Of a stretch of 64,000 nt of DNA, positions 20,622 to 30,327 are shown in pieces; the first letter of the stretch is position 1, and the number at the start of each line of letters is the position of its first letter. The DNA is from Alphaproteobacteria bacterium. Lineage in GTDB: Bacteria; Pseudomonadota; Alphaproteobacteria; Bin95. Both the position numbers and the translations under genes were made by a program. The stretch covers positions 1,280,001 to 1,344,000 of the forward strand of contig OZ219787.1 of the NCBI GenBank assembly GCA_964291285.2, given 5' to 3'. A model generated the notes under the pieces. The model searched no databases. It saw only the letters and a program-made list of their open reading frames with translations, and was not told the origin of the DNA.

Positions 20622-21413
20622 CTACCGGCCGGAGAAGACCGGTTTGCGCTTTTCGACGAAGGCTCTGGCGGCTTCGAGATGGTCTTCGGTGAGGCCGGAG
20701 CGGGAATGGTTGCGGGCTTCCATGTCGAGCGTCTCGGAGAGCGAGGCGGTGACGGCGCCGTTCAGGGTCTGCTTCATGTAGGCTAGCGTGATGCGCGGGC
20801 CGGCAGCGAGGCTTTCGGCAAGGCTCCGGGTCTCCGCCTCCAGCGCCTCGTCGGGAACGACCCGGTTAAGGATGCCGAGCGTCAACGCTTCCTCCGCACC
20901 GAGGCGCGCTGCCGTCATGTAGAGTTCCTTCGCCTTCGCCAGGCCCACCAGCCGGGTCAGGAACCAGGAGCCGCCGAAATCTCCCGAAAGCGCCACCTGC
21001 GCGAAGCCCGTGGTAATCAGCGCCGTCCCGCTGGCGATCCGCATGTCGCAGGCGAGCGCGATCGACAGGCTGGCCCCGGCCGCCGGGCCGCGGATCATGG
21101 CGATGACCGGCTTCGGCATCTCGTGGATGAGCCGGCTCACCTCCATCCGGCGGCGGAGCGATTGCGTGCGGCCCTCCAGCGTGTCGTCCTGGTGCGAGCC
21201 GGCGGCCATGCCCTTCACATCGCCGCCGGCGGAAAAGCCGCGCCCGGTGCCCGAAAGCACGATGCAGCCGGTCTCGCGGTCCCCGGAAAGACGCTGCATG
21301 GCCGCGAGCAGACCGTCCAGCATGTCGTCGGTCAGCGCATTCAACCGCTCCGGCCGGTTCAATGTCAGCCAGGCGACGCCGTTCTCGCGGCGCTCGAGCA
21401 GATGGCCGGACAT
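20622..21413 (-). CDS. Enoyl-CoA hydratase/isomerase family
   Basis: LTLNRPERLNAL, FSAGGD, GPAAGA..IALACDMR, AFVEKRKP. Confidence 0.9.
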   Translation of the reverse strand: MSGHLLERRENGVAWLTLNRPERLNALTDDMLDGLLAAMQRLSGDRETGCIVLSGTGRGFSAGGDVKGMAAGSHQDDTLEGRTQSLRRRMEVSRLIHEMPKPVIAMIRGPAAGASLSIALACDMRIASGTALITTGFAQVALSGDFGGSWFLTRLVGLAKAKELYMTAARLGAEEALTLGILNRVVPDEALEAETRSLAESLAAGPRITLAYMKQTLNGAVTASLSETLDMEARNHSRSGLTEDHLEAARAFVEKRKPVFSGR

Positions 21414-21415
21414 GG

Positions 21416-22498
21416 CTACTCCGCCGCCTGCGGGCGCGGCGGCGCGCCGAAACCGGCGAGCGGCCCGAGTTCCTTCTCCACCATCGGGCGGATGTCGGTC
21501 ACGAGCTTCTCCATGCTGTCGAGCGCCGCGCGGTGCGGGGAGCCGCCGACTTGGAAATGGAACATGATGTGCGCCGGGCGGGCCGCGCGGATTTCGGCAG
21601 TCAAGCGCTCCGCGATGGTCTCGCAGTCGCCGACCAGCAGATTGTCCGCGATCTCCTCCAGCGGCAGTTCGTCCGGCATCGGGACCTCGGTCATCATCGC
21701 CCCGTCCATGACCTCCGCGCGGCGCCGCAGCGCCGAGGCGAGGCGCATCTGGTGGCGGGCGTTGTCGACATAGGCGAGCGTCTCGGCCCGGCTTTCGGTC
21801 ACGCAGAGGAAGCGCTGGAAGCCGAGCCGCATGGTCTCCGGGTCGCAGCCCTCCGCCCGGTATGCTTCGGCGATGCGCTCGCGCATTCCGGCCAGATAGT
21901 CCGCGCCGAGCCACCGCCCGGTGAACATGGGCGCATAGCCGCGCCGCGCGCAGAGCCGGTGGCCGGCCTCGCCGTCGCCCGCGACCCAGATGTCCGGCCG
22001 GCCGTCCACGGGCCGCGCGCTGATATGCGTCTCGGGCATCCGGTAGTGCTTGCCCTCGTAGCTGAAGGTCTCGTTGTCGAAGGCGAGCTCCAGCATGTCG
22101 AGGAACTCTTCCAGCATCGGCCGCGCCTGGGCGAGGTCCTGCCCGAAACGCTCGAACTCATAGGGCTGGTAGCCGCTGCCGACGCCGAGGACGAGCCGGC
22201 CGCCCGAACAGGCGTCCACCATGCCGATCTCGGCCAGCAGCCGCGCGGGCTGGTAAAGCGGCGTCACCACGACGGCGGGAGCGAGCCTGATGTTCCGGGT
22301 CTCCCCGGCGCAGCGCGCGGCCATCAGCAGCGGCGAGGGGCAGATGCAGTAGTTGGAGAAGTGGTGCTCCGCGAACCAGGCGATCTCGAAGCCCAGCCGG
22401 TCCGCCTGGCGCACCTGCTCGATATGCTCCTCGAACACGCGCTCAGGCGGCGTCCCCCGCTCCCGGTAGCCCATCAGGCCGAAATAGCCGAAATCCAT
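21416..22498 (-). CDS. LLM-class flavin-dependent oxidoreductase
   Basis: WFAEHHFSNYCICPSP, SGGRLVLGVGSGYQPYEF. Confidence 0.88.
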   Translation of the reverse strand: MDFGYFGLMGYRERGTPPERVFEEHIEQVRQADRLGFEIAWFAEHHFSNYCICPSPLLMAARCAGETRNIRLAPAVVVTPLYQPARLLAEIGMVDACSGGRLVLGVGSGYQPYEFERFGQDLAQARPMLEEFLDMLELAFDNETFSYEGKHYRMPETHISARPVDGRPDIWVAGDGEAGHRLCARRGYAPMFTGRWLGADYLAGMRERIAEAYRAEGCDPETMRLGFQRFLCVTESRAETLAYVDNARHQMRLASALRRRAEVMDGAMMTEVPMPDELPLEEIADNLLVGDCETIAERLTAEIRAARPAHIMFHFQVGGSPHRAALDSMEKLVTDIRPMVEKELGPLAGFGAPPRPQAAE

Positions 22499-22541
22499 CG
22501 CCACGCCTCCCGTCCGCTTCCGCCGGCCAGCATAGCAGCCG

Positions 22542-23306
22542 TCAGGCGAGGCGGAAGCGCATGCCCCCGAGCGCAATAACACCGTCTTCGACCGGCAGCC
22601 CTGCGGCGCGCGCATTGGCGAACGCCGCCTCTGCGTCCTCACCCCTGAGGTAGAGCCCGGCCAGCCCCTCGCCGCGCCCGTCCTCCGCTTCCACGAACCG
22701 CAATTCCGCATTGTCGAACGGCATTACCGCAGCGCCTTGCCCGTCCCGTCCGAGCGGGATTTCGGCAATGTCGCTCCAGCGCCGGGCCAGCCGCTCCGGG
22801 TCGGGGCTCTGCAGTTCGGCCGTCAGGATCGCGGAAACGACGCCCGTGCGGACATGCGGCTTCCAGTCCGGCCCGGCGGGGTGCCACGGCCCGTCCTCCG
22901 CTTCGCCGCCCTGTTGGCAGTCGATCTCGAAGAAGGCCCCGCCCGTGTCCTTCGGGTGGAGCTGCATACCCTGGAAATCGCCGTGCTCCAGCGGGTTGGC
23001 GATGCGCACCCCGAGTTCGGCGACCCGTCGCCGTCTCGGCTCCAGATCGGGGCATTGGGTGATGACCATGTAGCCGCCGTCGCCGCCGCGCCGGTCGAGA
23101 TAGCGCTCGGCCGCCGTCCCCGGCCCGGTCGGCGCGACGACCTCAAGGAACTGGTTGCCGACCGGCAGCAGCGCGTTCACCAGCCCGTAGGCCGCAACGG
23201 CATCGTCCACGTAACAGACCTCCAGCCCGAAGACGCTCCTCAGGTCCGCGACGACCGGCTCCAGGTCGTGGGCGACAAGGCAGATCTGCCTGAGACGCAG
23301 GCGCAT
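22542..23306 (-). CDS. VOC/glyoxalase-like protein
   Basis: MRLRLRQICLVA, FLEVVAP, GGDGGYMV, LHPKDTGG; RBS GGAGGG. Confidence 0.8.
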   Translation of the reverse strand: MRLRLRQICLVAHDLEPVVADLRSVFGLEVCYVDDAVAAYGLVNALLPVGNQFLEVVAPTGPGTAAERYLDRRGGDGGYMVITQCPDLEPRRRRVAELGVRIANPLEHGDFQGMQLHPKDTGGAFFEIDCQQGGEAEDGPWHPAGPDWKPHVRTGVVSAILTAELQSPDPERLARRWSDIAEIPLGRDGQGAAVMPFDNAELRFVEAEDGRGEGLAGLYLRGEDAEAAFANARAAGLPVEDGVIALGGMRFRLA

Positions 23307-23457
23307 GAGATTTCCCTCCCTCTCCGGGCGCAGCACTCTGCCGCGCCGATGCGCCGCCGGGCAAGCGGATTGACTTCGCCGCCACTGCCGCCCGATAGTC
23401 CGCCAATCCGCTTTTCGCTGCACGCACGCCCCGTCCGGGCGAGGAGACGACCGACCC

Positions 23458-24666
23458 ATGCCGACCCCCATGCCCCTGGAGGGCGTCAAGGTCTTCGACG
23501 CCACCCAGGGCGTCGCCGGCCCGCACAGCACCATGCTGCTCGCGCAACACGGCGCGGAAGTGACCAAGCTGGAGCCGCTCGACGGCGACTGGGGGCGCAC
23601 GCTCGGCAAGGTCTACGGCGACCAGTGCGCCCATTCCGTCGTGTTCAACCGCGGCAAGAAATCGCTGGCGATGGACATGAAGAACGAGGCCGCGCAGAAG
23701 GTTGCCTTCAAGCTCGCCTCGGAGGCGGACGTCGTGGTCGAGAGCTTCCGCCCCGGCGTGATGAAGCGCTTCGGCCTGGGTTACGAGCAGGTGAAGGCCG
23801 TCAATCCCGAAGTGATCTACCTCTCGGTCACCGGCTTCGGCCAGGACGGCCCCTACAACCGCCTGCCGGTGACGGACTCCGTGATCCAGGCTTTCTCGGG
23901 CTGGATGTCGATCAACCGCGACGCCTCCGGCACGCCGCAGCGCATCGGCATGATCGCCGTCGACGTGATGACCGGCCTCTACGCCTACCAGGCGATTTCC
24001 TCGGCCCTGCTGCGCAAGTTCCGCTTCGGCAAGGGCGCCTATATCGATTGCTCGCTGATGCAGTCGGCGGCGGCGTTCCAGTCCGCCAAGGTGATGGAGC
24101 ATTACCTGGAAGGCGGCGCGCCGCAGGTGCTCTACGTGCCGGTCGGGACGATGCAGACCGCCGACGGCTACATCAACGTCACCGCCATGCGCGAACACCA
24201 CTATGTCTCGCTCTGCAAGGTGCTCGGGCGCGAGGACCTCGCCGACGACCCGCGCTACAACGCCCGCGAGAAGCGCATCGAGCGCGAGGCGGAGCTGATG
24301 CCGATCGTCCGGGCGGAGTTCGCGAAGCGCACGACCGCCGAATGGGCCGAGGCGCTGACGGAAGCCGGCGTGATGAACGCGCCGGTTTCGACCTACGACC
24401 ATTACCTCGCCGACGAACATGTGAAGGCGGTGGAGAGCGTCGCCTGGATGGAGCATCCCGGCATGCCGGGCGCACTGCCCGTCACCAACATTCCGGGGCT
24501 TGCGAAGGTCGGGACCGGCGGCGCGCTCGACCTGGCCCCGCATATCGGCGAGCACTCGCGCGAAATCCTGCTGCGCGAGGGCTGGACGCCGGCGCAGGTG
24601 GAAGAACTCGTGGCCGCCGGGGCGGTCGGCGAGATGACGGAAACGACGGCCGAAGCGGCGGAGTAG
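23458..24666 (+). CDS. CoA-transferase family III (CaiB/BaiF)
   Basis: VAGP, LGA-like HGAEV.K.E..GD..R, NRGKKS, ESFRPGVM..GLGY, TGFGQDGP, APHIGEHS. Confidence 0.9.
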   Translation: MPTPMPLEGVKVFDATQGVAGPHSTMLLAQHGAEVTKLEPLDGDWGRTLGKVYGDQCAHSVVFNRGKKSLAMDMKNEAAQKVAFKLASEADVVVESFRPGVMKRFGLGYEQVKAVNPEVIYLSVTGFGQDGPYNRLPVTDSVIQAFSGWMSINRDASGTPQRIGMIAVDVMTGLYAYQAISSALLRKFRFGKGAYIDCSLMQSAAAFQSAKVMEHYLEGGAPQVLYVPVGTMQTADGYINVTAMREHHYVSLCKVLGREDLADDPRYNAREKRIEREAELMPIVRAEFAKRTTAEWAEALTEAGVMNAPVSTYDHYLADEHVKAVESVAWMEHPGMPGALPVTNIPGLAKVGTGGALDLAPHIGEHSREILLREGWTPAQVEELVAAGAVGEMTETTAEAAE

Positions 24667-24669
24667 AAG

Positions 24670-25530
24670 ATGAAACTGTTGCGTTACGGCCCGAGGGGCC
24701 AGGAGAAGCCGGGCCTGCTGGATGCGGGCGGCGTCCTTCGCGATCTGTCGGGGGCGGTGGGCGACCTCGGCCCCGCGGAAATATCGCCGGCGGGCCTGGA
24801 GCGCCTTGCGGGCTTCGATCCTTCGGGCCTGCCGGAAGTCTCCGGGTCGCCGCGCCTCGGCCTGCCGGTCGCCGGCACGGCCAAGGTGCTCTGCGTCGGC
24901 CTCAACTATATCGACCACGCCAACGAGGTGGGCGCGCCGATCCCGAAGGACGCGATCTACTTCCAGAAGCCGGTCACGGCGCTCACCGGGCCGAACGACC
25001 CCATCGTCAAGCCGGTCGATTCGACCATGCTCGACTGGGAGGTGGAGCTCGTCGTCGTCATGGGCTCGAAGGCGCAATATGTCACCGAGGGCGAGGTCAT
25101 GGACCACATCGCCGGCTTCGCGCTCGGCAACGACGTCTCCGAGCGCGAGTTCCAGTCCAAGCGGTCCGGCCAGTGGACCAAGGGCAAGAGCCATGACAGC
25201 TTCGCGCCCATCGGCCCCTGGCTGGTGACGAAGGACGAGGTCGCCGACGTGCAGAACCTCGACATGTTCCTGAACGTCAACGGCGAGCGGATGCAGACCG
25301 GCAACACCGGCAAGATGATCTTCTCGGTCGTCGAGGCCGTCGCCTATGCCAGCCGCTTCATGACACTGATGCCCGGCGACGTCGTCATGACCGGCACGCC
25401 GCCCGGCGTCGGCAGCGGCATGAAGCCGCCGCGCTTCCTCGATGTCGGCGACGAGGTCCATCTCGGTATCGAGGGCCTCGGCGAAGCCCGCCAGACGGTC
25501 GTCTCCTGGGAAGACCGGCCGCGGGATTAG
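24670..25530 (+). CDS. Fumarylacetoacetate hydrolase family protein
   Basis: CVGLNY.DH, DWEVEL, NDVSER, QWTKGKS.D.F.P.GPW, TGTPPGVG. Confidence 0.9.
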   Translation: MKLLRYGPRGQEKPGLLDAGGVLRDLSGAVGDLGPAEISPAGLERLAGFDPSGLPEVSGSPRLGLPVAGTAKVLCVGLNYIDHANEVGAPIPKDAIYFQKPVTALTGPNDPIVKPVDSTMLDWEVELVVVMGSKAQYVTEGEVMDHIAGFALGNDVSEREFQSKRSGQWTKGKSHDSFAPIGPWLVTKDEVADVQNLDMFLNVNGERMQTGNTGKMIFSVVEAVAYASRFMTLMPGDVVMTGTPPGVGSGMKPPRFLDVGDEVHLGIEGLGEARQTVVSWEDRPRD

Positions 25531-25622
25531 GCAATCGTCACGGGCCGGAACCGCGCCATCGCATCCCCGGTAAGGATGAGGGTCGATGACGCGCCGACAG
25601 CGGCCACCTTCAAAGAAAGCAT
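25527..25622 (-). pseudogene. Truncated AbrB/MazE-type antitoxin-like remnant (31 aa)
   Basis: RBS AGGAGG then MLSLKVAAVGASSTLILTGDAMARFR, resembling the AbrB N-terminal pattern (LKV..VGNS..LILP...ARL); stops early. Confidence 0.4.
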
Positions 25623-25721
25623 GCAAACCTCCTGTCCGGATCGCCGTATCGTACAGGCAGTCCTGAATTCGTACATTCGCGAAAACCCTTCCATGCGAAT
25701 CTTTTGTGCCCTAATATATAG

Positions 25722-26222
25722 GTGATGAATTATGAGGAAGCGAAGACAGACGGCGCGCCGGGGCTGGAGAGCGACCACCGCTTCGGCCTGAAGCTGGCGG
25801 AGCTGTCGCGGCTCTGGCGCCAGGCGCTCGACGCGCGGCTCAGGCCGCTCGGCCTCTCGCAGGCGCGCTGGGCGGCGTTGATCCATCTCAGCGCCTATCC
25901 CGACGGGCTGACGCAGGGCCGACTTGCGCTGCGGGTGGGCATAAGGGACTCGACCCTCGTGCCGCAACTCGACGCGCTCGCCCGCGACGGGCTGATCGAG
26001 CGGCGCGACTCGCCCGACGACCGGCGCGCCAAGACGGTCCGGCTGACGCCCGCAGCCTTGCCGTTGCTGGAAGAGATCGACCGGGTCGGCAGGGAGTTGC
26101 GCCAGGAGCTGACGCAGGACATCGACCCGCAGCATTTCGACGTCTGCCTCCATGTATTCAACGCGATACGGAACCGCCTGGAAGGGCTGAACGGGGACAG
26201 GGACAATGGCCGAAACGCCTGA
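25722..26222 (+). CDS. MarR/SlyA family regulator
   Basis: RLWRQALD.RL.PLGLSQARW, TQ..LA, LIERR...DDRRAK.V.LT. Confidence 0.9.
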   Translation: MMNYEEAKTDGAPGLESDHRFGLKLAELSRLWRQALDARLRPLGLSQARWAALIHLSAYPDGLTQGRLALRVGIRDSTLVPQLDALARDGLIERRDSPDDRRAKTVRLTPAALPLLEEIDRVGRELRQELTQDIDPQHFDVCLHVFNAIRNRLEGLNGDRDNGRNA

Positions 26223-27342
26223 GAGCGCCGCCGCGCCCCCCCCGCCGGCGCGGCGCGGCAGCGCCATGCGGCGGCTGCGCTATCTCGCAATCGCCCTCAT
26301 CGCCCTGGCGGCGCTGGCTTATGGCGCGCGCGAAGTGTGGGACCGCTTCACCCATGTCCACGAATACGACGCGCGCATCAAGGCGAACATGGTGACGCTG
26401 GCCAGCAAGGTGGACGGCGTGATCCTCGAACTCACGGTCGAGGAGGGCGACCCCGTGGAGGCCGGACAGGTGCTGGCGCGGCTGGACGACCGCATTCCGA
26501 AGCTCAGGGTGCAGGGCCTCGAAGCCGAACTCGCCGGGCTGGAAGCCGAGCGGCGCCGCCTGCTCGTCGAGCGCGGCGTGATGGACGCGCAGACCTCGAC
26601 CCGGATGCGCACGCGCGAGAGCGGCGTGCAGGCGAGCCGGGCGGGCCGTTCGGTACTGCTTGCGGACCTCGACCTCGCGCGCTCCGAACTCCGCCGCGCC
26701 AGAGCGCTCTACGAACGCCGGGTGGTCTCCAGGCAGGCTCTCGACCAGGCCAGCGCCAGAGTGGACCGTATCCAGGCAGACCTGAAGAAGGTCGATGCGG
26801 AAACCCAGGCCGCCCGCGCCCAGATGGCCGAAGCGGAGGCCGAACGACAACGCCTTGACGTGATCGACTCCGAACTCGCCATGCTGGACCACCGCACCGC
26901 GAGGCTGCAGGCCGAGCTGGACCAGCAGCGGGTCGATGTCGATGACCGGCTGCTGCGCGCTCCCAATGACGGCCTTATCGACCGCATCTTCGTCGAGACC
27001 GGCGAATTCGTGAACGATGGCCAGCGCATGCTGCTGCTGCACGACCCGAGTGACCTCTGGATCGAGGCCAACATCAAGGAGACGGAACTCAGCCGGCTCC
27101 GGGTCGGCCAGGCGGTGGCCGTTTCGGTGGACGCCTATCCCGACACCGACTTCACGGGCACCGTCGAGCGCATCGGCAGCACGACCACGGCCAATTTCGC
27201 CCTCCTCCCCACCCCGAACCCGAGCGGCAATTTCACCAAGATCACCCAGCGCGTGCCCGTGCGCATCGGTCTGGAGCGCAACGGCATGACGCTCCTGCCG
27301 GGCATGATGGTGGAAGTGAACATTGACGTCCGAGACCGTTGA
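26206..27342 (+). CDS. EmrA/HlyD-family efflux adaptor
   Basis: N-terminal TM, V.EGD.VEAGQVL, ANIKETE, NPSGNFTKITQRVPVRI. Confidence 0.9.
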   Translation: MAETPESAAAPPPPARRGSAMRRLRYLAIALIALAALAYGAREVWDRFTHVHEYDARIKANMVTLASKVDGVILELTVEEGDPVEAGQVLARLDDRIPKLRVQGLEAELAGLEAERRRLLVERGVMDAQTSTRMRTRESGVQASRAGRSVLLADLDLARSELRRARALYERRVVSRQALDQASARVDRIQADLKKVDAETQAARAQMAEAEAERQRLDVIDSELAMLDHRTARLQAELDQQRVDVDDRLLRAPNDGLIDRIFVETGEFVNDGQRMLLLHDPSDLWIEANIKETELSRLRVGQAVAVSVDAYPDTDFTGTVERIGSTTTANFALLPTPNPSGNFTKITQRVPVRIGLERNGMTLLPGMMVEVNIDVRDR

Positions 27343-28906
27343 GGTCCTGACGGAGCGCTTCGGCGCGCAATATCGCTGGTGGGCGAGCGGCACGGCGCTG
27401 GTCGCCATGATCGCCATGGTGCTCTCGGCGACGAGCGTCACCGTGGCCGTGCCGCACATCATGGGCGCGTTCGGCGTCGGGCAGGACCGCGCACAATGGG
27501 TCGCGACCGGCTATTTCGCCGCGATGACGGCCGGCATGCTGCTCAATGCCTGGCTGGTCCGCCATTTCGGCGCGCGGGCGGTCCTTACGGGCACTCTGCT
27601 CGCCTTCACGGCGGCGGCCTTAGCGGGAGCGGCCGCGCCGAGCCTCGACATCGTCATCCTTTCCCGTGTCGTCCAGGGCGCCTGCGGCGGGCTGCTGCAG
27701 CCGCTGTCCATGCAGATCCTGTTCCAGGTGTTCCCGCCGGAGCGGCGCGGCACGGCGATGGGGCTGTTCGGCCTGGGAGTCGTGCTGGCGCCGGCGTTCG
27801 GCCCGGCGCTGGGCGGGCTTGCCATCGACGGTTTCGACTGGCGCTGGGTCTTCCTCATTCCCCTCCCGGGCGTGGCGGCGGCCCTGCCGCTCGGGCTCGT
27901 CTTCATGCCGGAGCGCGAAGAAGCCGGGCCGCGCGCCGCCTTCGACTGGCCGGGTTTCCTGCTGCTGGTCACGGCCATCGTGGCGCTGCTCGACGGCCTC
28001 GCCAGCGGCCAGCGCATCGGCTGGCACTCGGACCGGATCGTCTTCGAACTCGCGCTCGGCGCAGCCGCAACGGCGGGCTTCATATTCCGCCAGCTGACGG
28101 CGCGGGCGCCCCTGCTCGACCTGACCCTGTTCCGCAACGGGCGCTTCGCCTCGGCCTTCGTCGTCGGCTTCATCTTCGGCTTCAGCATGTTCGGCTCGAT
28201 CTACCTCATCGCGGTGTTCGTGCAGGAAGTGCAGGGCTACACGGCGACGCGGGCGGGCCTGCTGATGGTGCCGGCAGGCCTGCTGATGGCGGTCATGTTC
28301 CCGGTCGCCGGGCGGATCAGCGACATGGTGCCGGCCCACTGGCCGATCATGGCCGGGCTGGCCGTATTCGGGGCGGGCTTCCTGCTCATGTCCGCGGCGG
28401 ATGCGGACACGCCCTTCTGGACCTTCGCGCTATTCATCATGATCAACCGCTTCGGGCTCTCCTTCGTCATCCCCTCGCTCAATACCGGCTCGCTGAGGGC
28501 GCTGCGCACGGACCAGCTGCAGCAGGGCTCGGGGCTGGTGAACTTCACCCGGATGCTCGGCGGCGCCTGCGGCATCAACCTGCTGGTGGTCCTGCTGGAA
28601 ATGCGCACCGGCGTCTTCGCCCAGGCCTTCACGGCGACCCAGACGGCGGCCAATGCCGCCAGCATGGCGATGCTGGAGGGCGTGGGCCGGCTGGCCGCCA
28701 TCGGCGGGCTCGGGCCTGAAGAGGCGAGCGCGACCGCCGCCCATTATCTGGGCGAGGTCATGCTGGCGCAGGCCGAGGCGCAGGCGTTCCAGGATGTGTT
28801 CGTGGCGGTCGGCCTGCTGGCTTTCGCCGGATTGGTGCCCGCCTTCGTCATGGCGCGCGCCGGCTTGCAGGAACCGGCGGCATCGGCGAGGCTGCAATCG
28901 GCATGA
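27323..28906 (+). CDS. DHA2 (EmrB/QacA) MFS efflux permease
   Basis: About 14 TM; RVVQG, FPPERRGTAMG, APAFGP.LGG, WRWVF. Confidence 0.9.
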   Translation: MTSETVEVLTERFGAQYRWWASGTALVAMIAMVLSATSVTVAVPHIMGAFGVGQDRAQWVATGYFAAMTAGMLLNAWLVRHFGARAVLTGTLLAFTAAALAGAAAPSLDIVILSRVVQGACGGLLQPLSMQILFQVFPPERRGTAMGLFGLGVVLAPAFGPALGGLAIDGFDWRWVFLIPLPGVAAALPLGLVFMPEREEAGPRAAFDWPGFLLLVTAIVALLDGLASGQRIGWHSDRIVFELALGAAATAGFIFRQLTARAPLLDLTLFRNGRFASAFVVGFIFGFSMFGSIYLIAVFVQEVQGYTATRAGLLMVPAGLLMAVMFPVAGRISDMVPAHWPIMAGLAVFGAGFLLMSAADADTPFWTFALFIMINRFGLSFVIPSLNTGSLRALRTDQLQQGSGLVNFTRMLGGACGINLLVVLLEMRTGVFAQAFTATQTAANAASMAMLEGVGRLAAIGGLGPEEASATAAHYLGEVMLAQAEAQAFQDVFVAVGLLAFAGLVPAFVMARAGLQEPAASARLQSA

Positions 28907-29475
28907 CAGACCGCCTCGTCATCGGCATCAGCGGCGCCTCGGGCGTCGTTTACGGCGTTCGCCTGCTGGAACTCTTGGCGGCGGCCCCCGTGGAAACCCA
29001 CCTGGTGATGACCGCGTCCGCCGAAGTCACGCTCGCGCACGAGACCGACCGCAGGGCGGCCGACGTGAAGGCGCTCGCGGACCGGGTGTACAACCCGCGC
29101 GACATTGCCGGCGCCATCGCGTCGGGTTCGTTCCGCACGCGCGGCATGGTGGTGGCGCCCTGCTCGGTCCGATCGCTCTCCGAGATCGCCTGGGGCGCGA
29201 CGACGAACCTGCTCACCCGCGCCGCCGACGTGACGCTGAAGGAACGCCGCCGGCTGGTGCTGCTGGTGCGCGAGACGCCGCTGCATGCGGGCCATCTGCG
29301 CGCCATGGCGGCGGCGAGCGAGAACGGCGCCGTGGTGATGCCGCCGGTCCCGGCCTTCTACGCCCGCCCGCAGAGCCTCGACGAGATGATCGACCACACG
29401 CTCGGACGGGCGCTGGACCTGCTCGACATCGACCTCGGCACCGTGCGCCGCTGGCGCGAGCCGGCTCCGGAGTAA
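28903..29475 (+). CDS. ubiX: Flavin prenyltransferase
   Basis: IGISGASG, ASGSF..GMVVAPCS, NLLTRAADV.LKERR.LVL..RETP, PPVPAFY. Confidence 0.92.
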   Translation: MTDRLVIGISGASGVVYGVRLLELLAAAPVETHLVMTASAEVTLAHETDRRAADVKALADRVYNPRDIAGAIASGSFRTRGMVVAPCSVRSLSEIAWGATTNLLTRAADVTLKERRRLVLLVRETPLHAGHLRAMAAASENGAVVMPPVPAFYARPQSLDEMIDHTLGRALDLLDIDLGTVRRWREPAPE

Positions 29476-29498
29476 CACTGCCGGCGTTCGCGGCTGCC

Positions 29499-30326
29499 TC
29501 AGAGGCTCAGCACCATGCCTTCCCGCGCGGCCTGCGTGCCCGGCCGGCATTCGGCCGCTTCCGCGGCCAGCCGGTTCATCGCCTCGTCGTCGCGGCGCGG
29601 GTCGTGGTGGAACAGCACCAGCCTGTCCGCCCCCGCCGCCTCGCAGAGCCTCGCGCCCTCGTTCCAGGTCGAATGTCCCCAGTGCGGATGGCGCGCGAAC
29701 TCCTCCTCGGTGAACATCGCATCGTAGATGACAATATCCGCGCCTTCGATAAGCCCGAGAATGTCCCGATTGGGCGCGCCGGGCCTGTGGCCCGTATCGC
29801 AGACATAGCAGACGGACCGGCCCTCGAATTCGACCCGGTAGCCCGTGGCGCCGCCCGGATGGTCGAGGGGCGCGGTGCGCACATGCACGCCGTCCGCGAG
29901 CGCGAAGCCCTCCCCGGCGCGGAAGTCGATACAGCGCAGCTCGGCCGCAAAGGCCTCCAGCGGCACCGGGAACAGTTCGGGCGACAGCATCCGCTCCAGA
30001 ACGGGGCGCAGGCCGCCGCGCCCGGCCAGATGGCCGGCGCGGAGCGCAAAGCGGTTGCGGGCGTCGAAGAACGGCGCGAAGAAGGGCAGGCCGACCACAT
30101 GGTCGAGATGCGTGTGGCTCAGCAATATGTCGGCGTCGAGCGGCGCTTCGCGCCCGAGCGCCGCACCCAGTTCCCGAAGCCCGGTTCCCGCGTCGATGAC
30201 GACAAGCCGGTCTCCGCAACGCAGCTCGATGCACGCGGTATTGCCGCCGTAGCCCGCCGTCGCCGACCCCGGACAGGCGATGCTGCCGCGCACGCCGCGG
30301 AAGCGCACTTCGAAAGAGCCGGACAA
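29499..30326 (-). CDS. Metallo-beta-lactamase fold hydrolase
   Basis: GVRGSI, YGGNT.C, DAGTG, SHTHLDH, HPGG, WGHST, FHHDP; start TTG 30326 (alternative GTG 30350). Confidence 0.88.
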   Translation of the reverse strand: MSGSFEVRFRGVRGSIACPGSATAGYGGNTACIELRCGDRLVVIDAGTGLRELGAALGREAPLDADILLSHTHLDHVVGLPFFAPFFDARNRFALRAGHLAGRGGLRPVLERMLSPELFPVPLEAFAAELRCIDFRAGEGFALADGVHVRTAPLDHPGGATGYRVEFEGRSVCYVCDTGHRPGAPNRDILGLIEGADIVIYDAMFTEEEFARHPHWGHSTWNEGARLCEAAGADRLVLFHHDPRRDDEAMNRLAAEAAECRPGTQAAREGMVLSL

Positions 30327-30327
30327 G

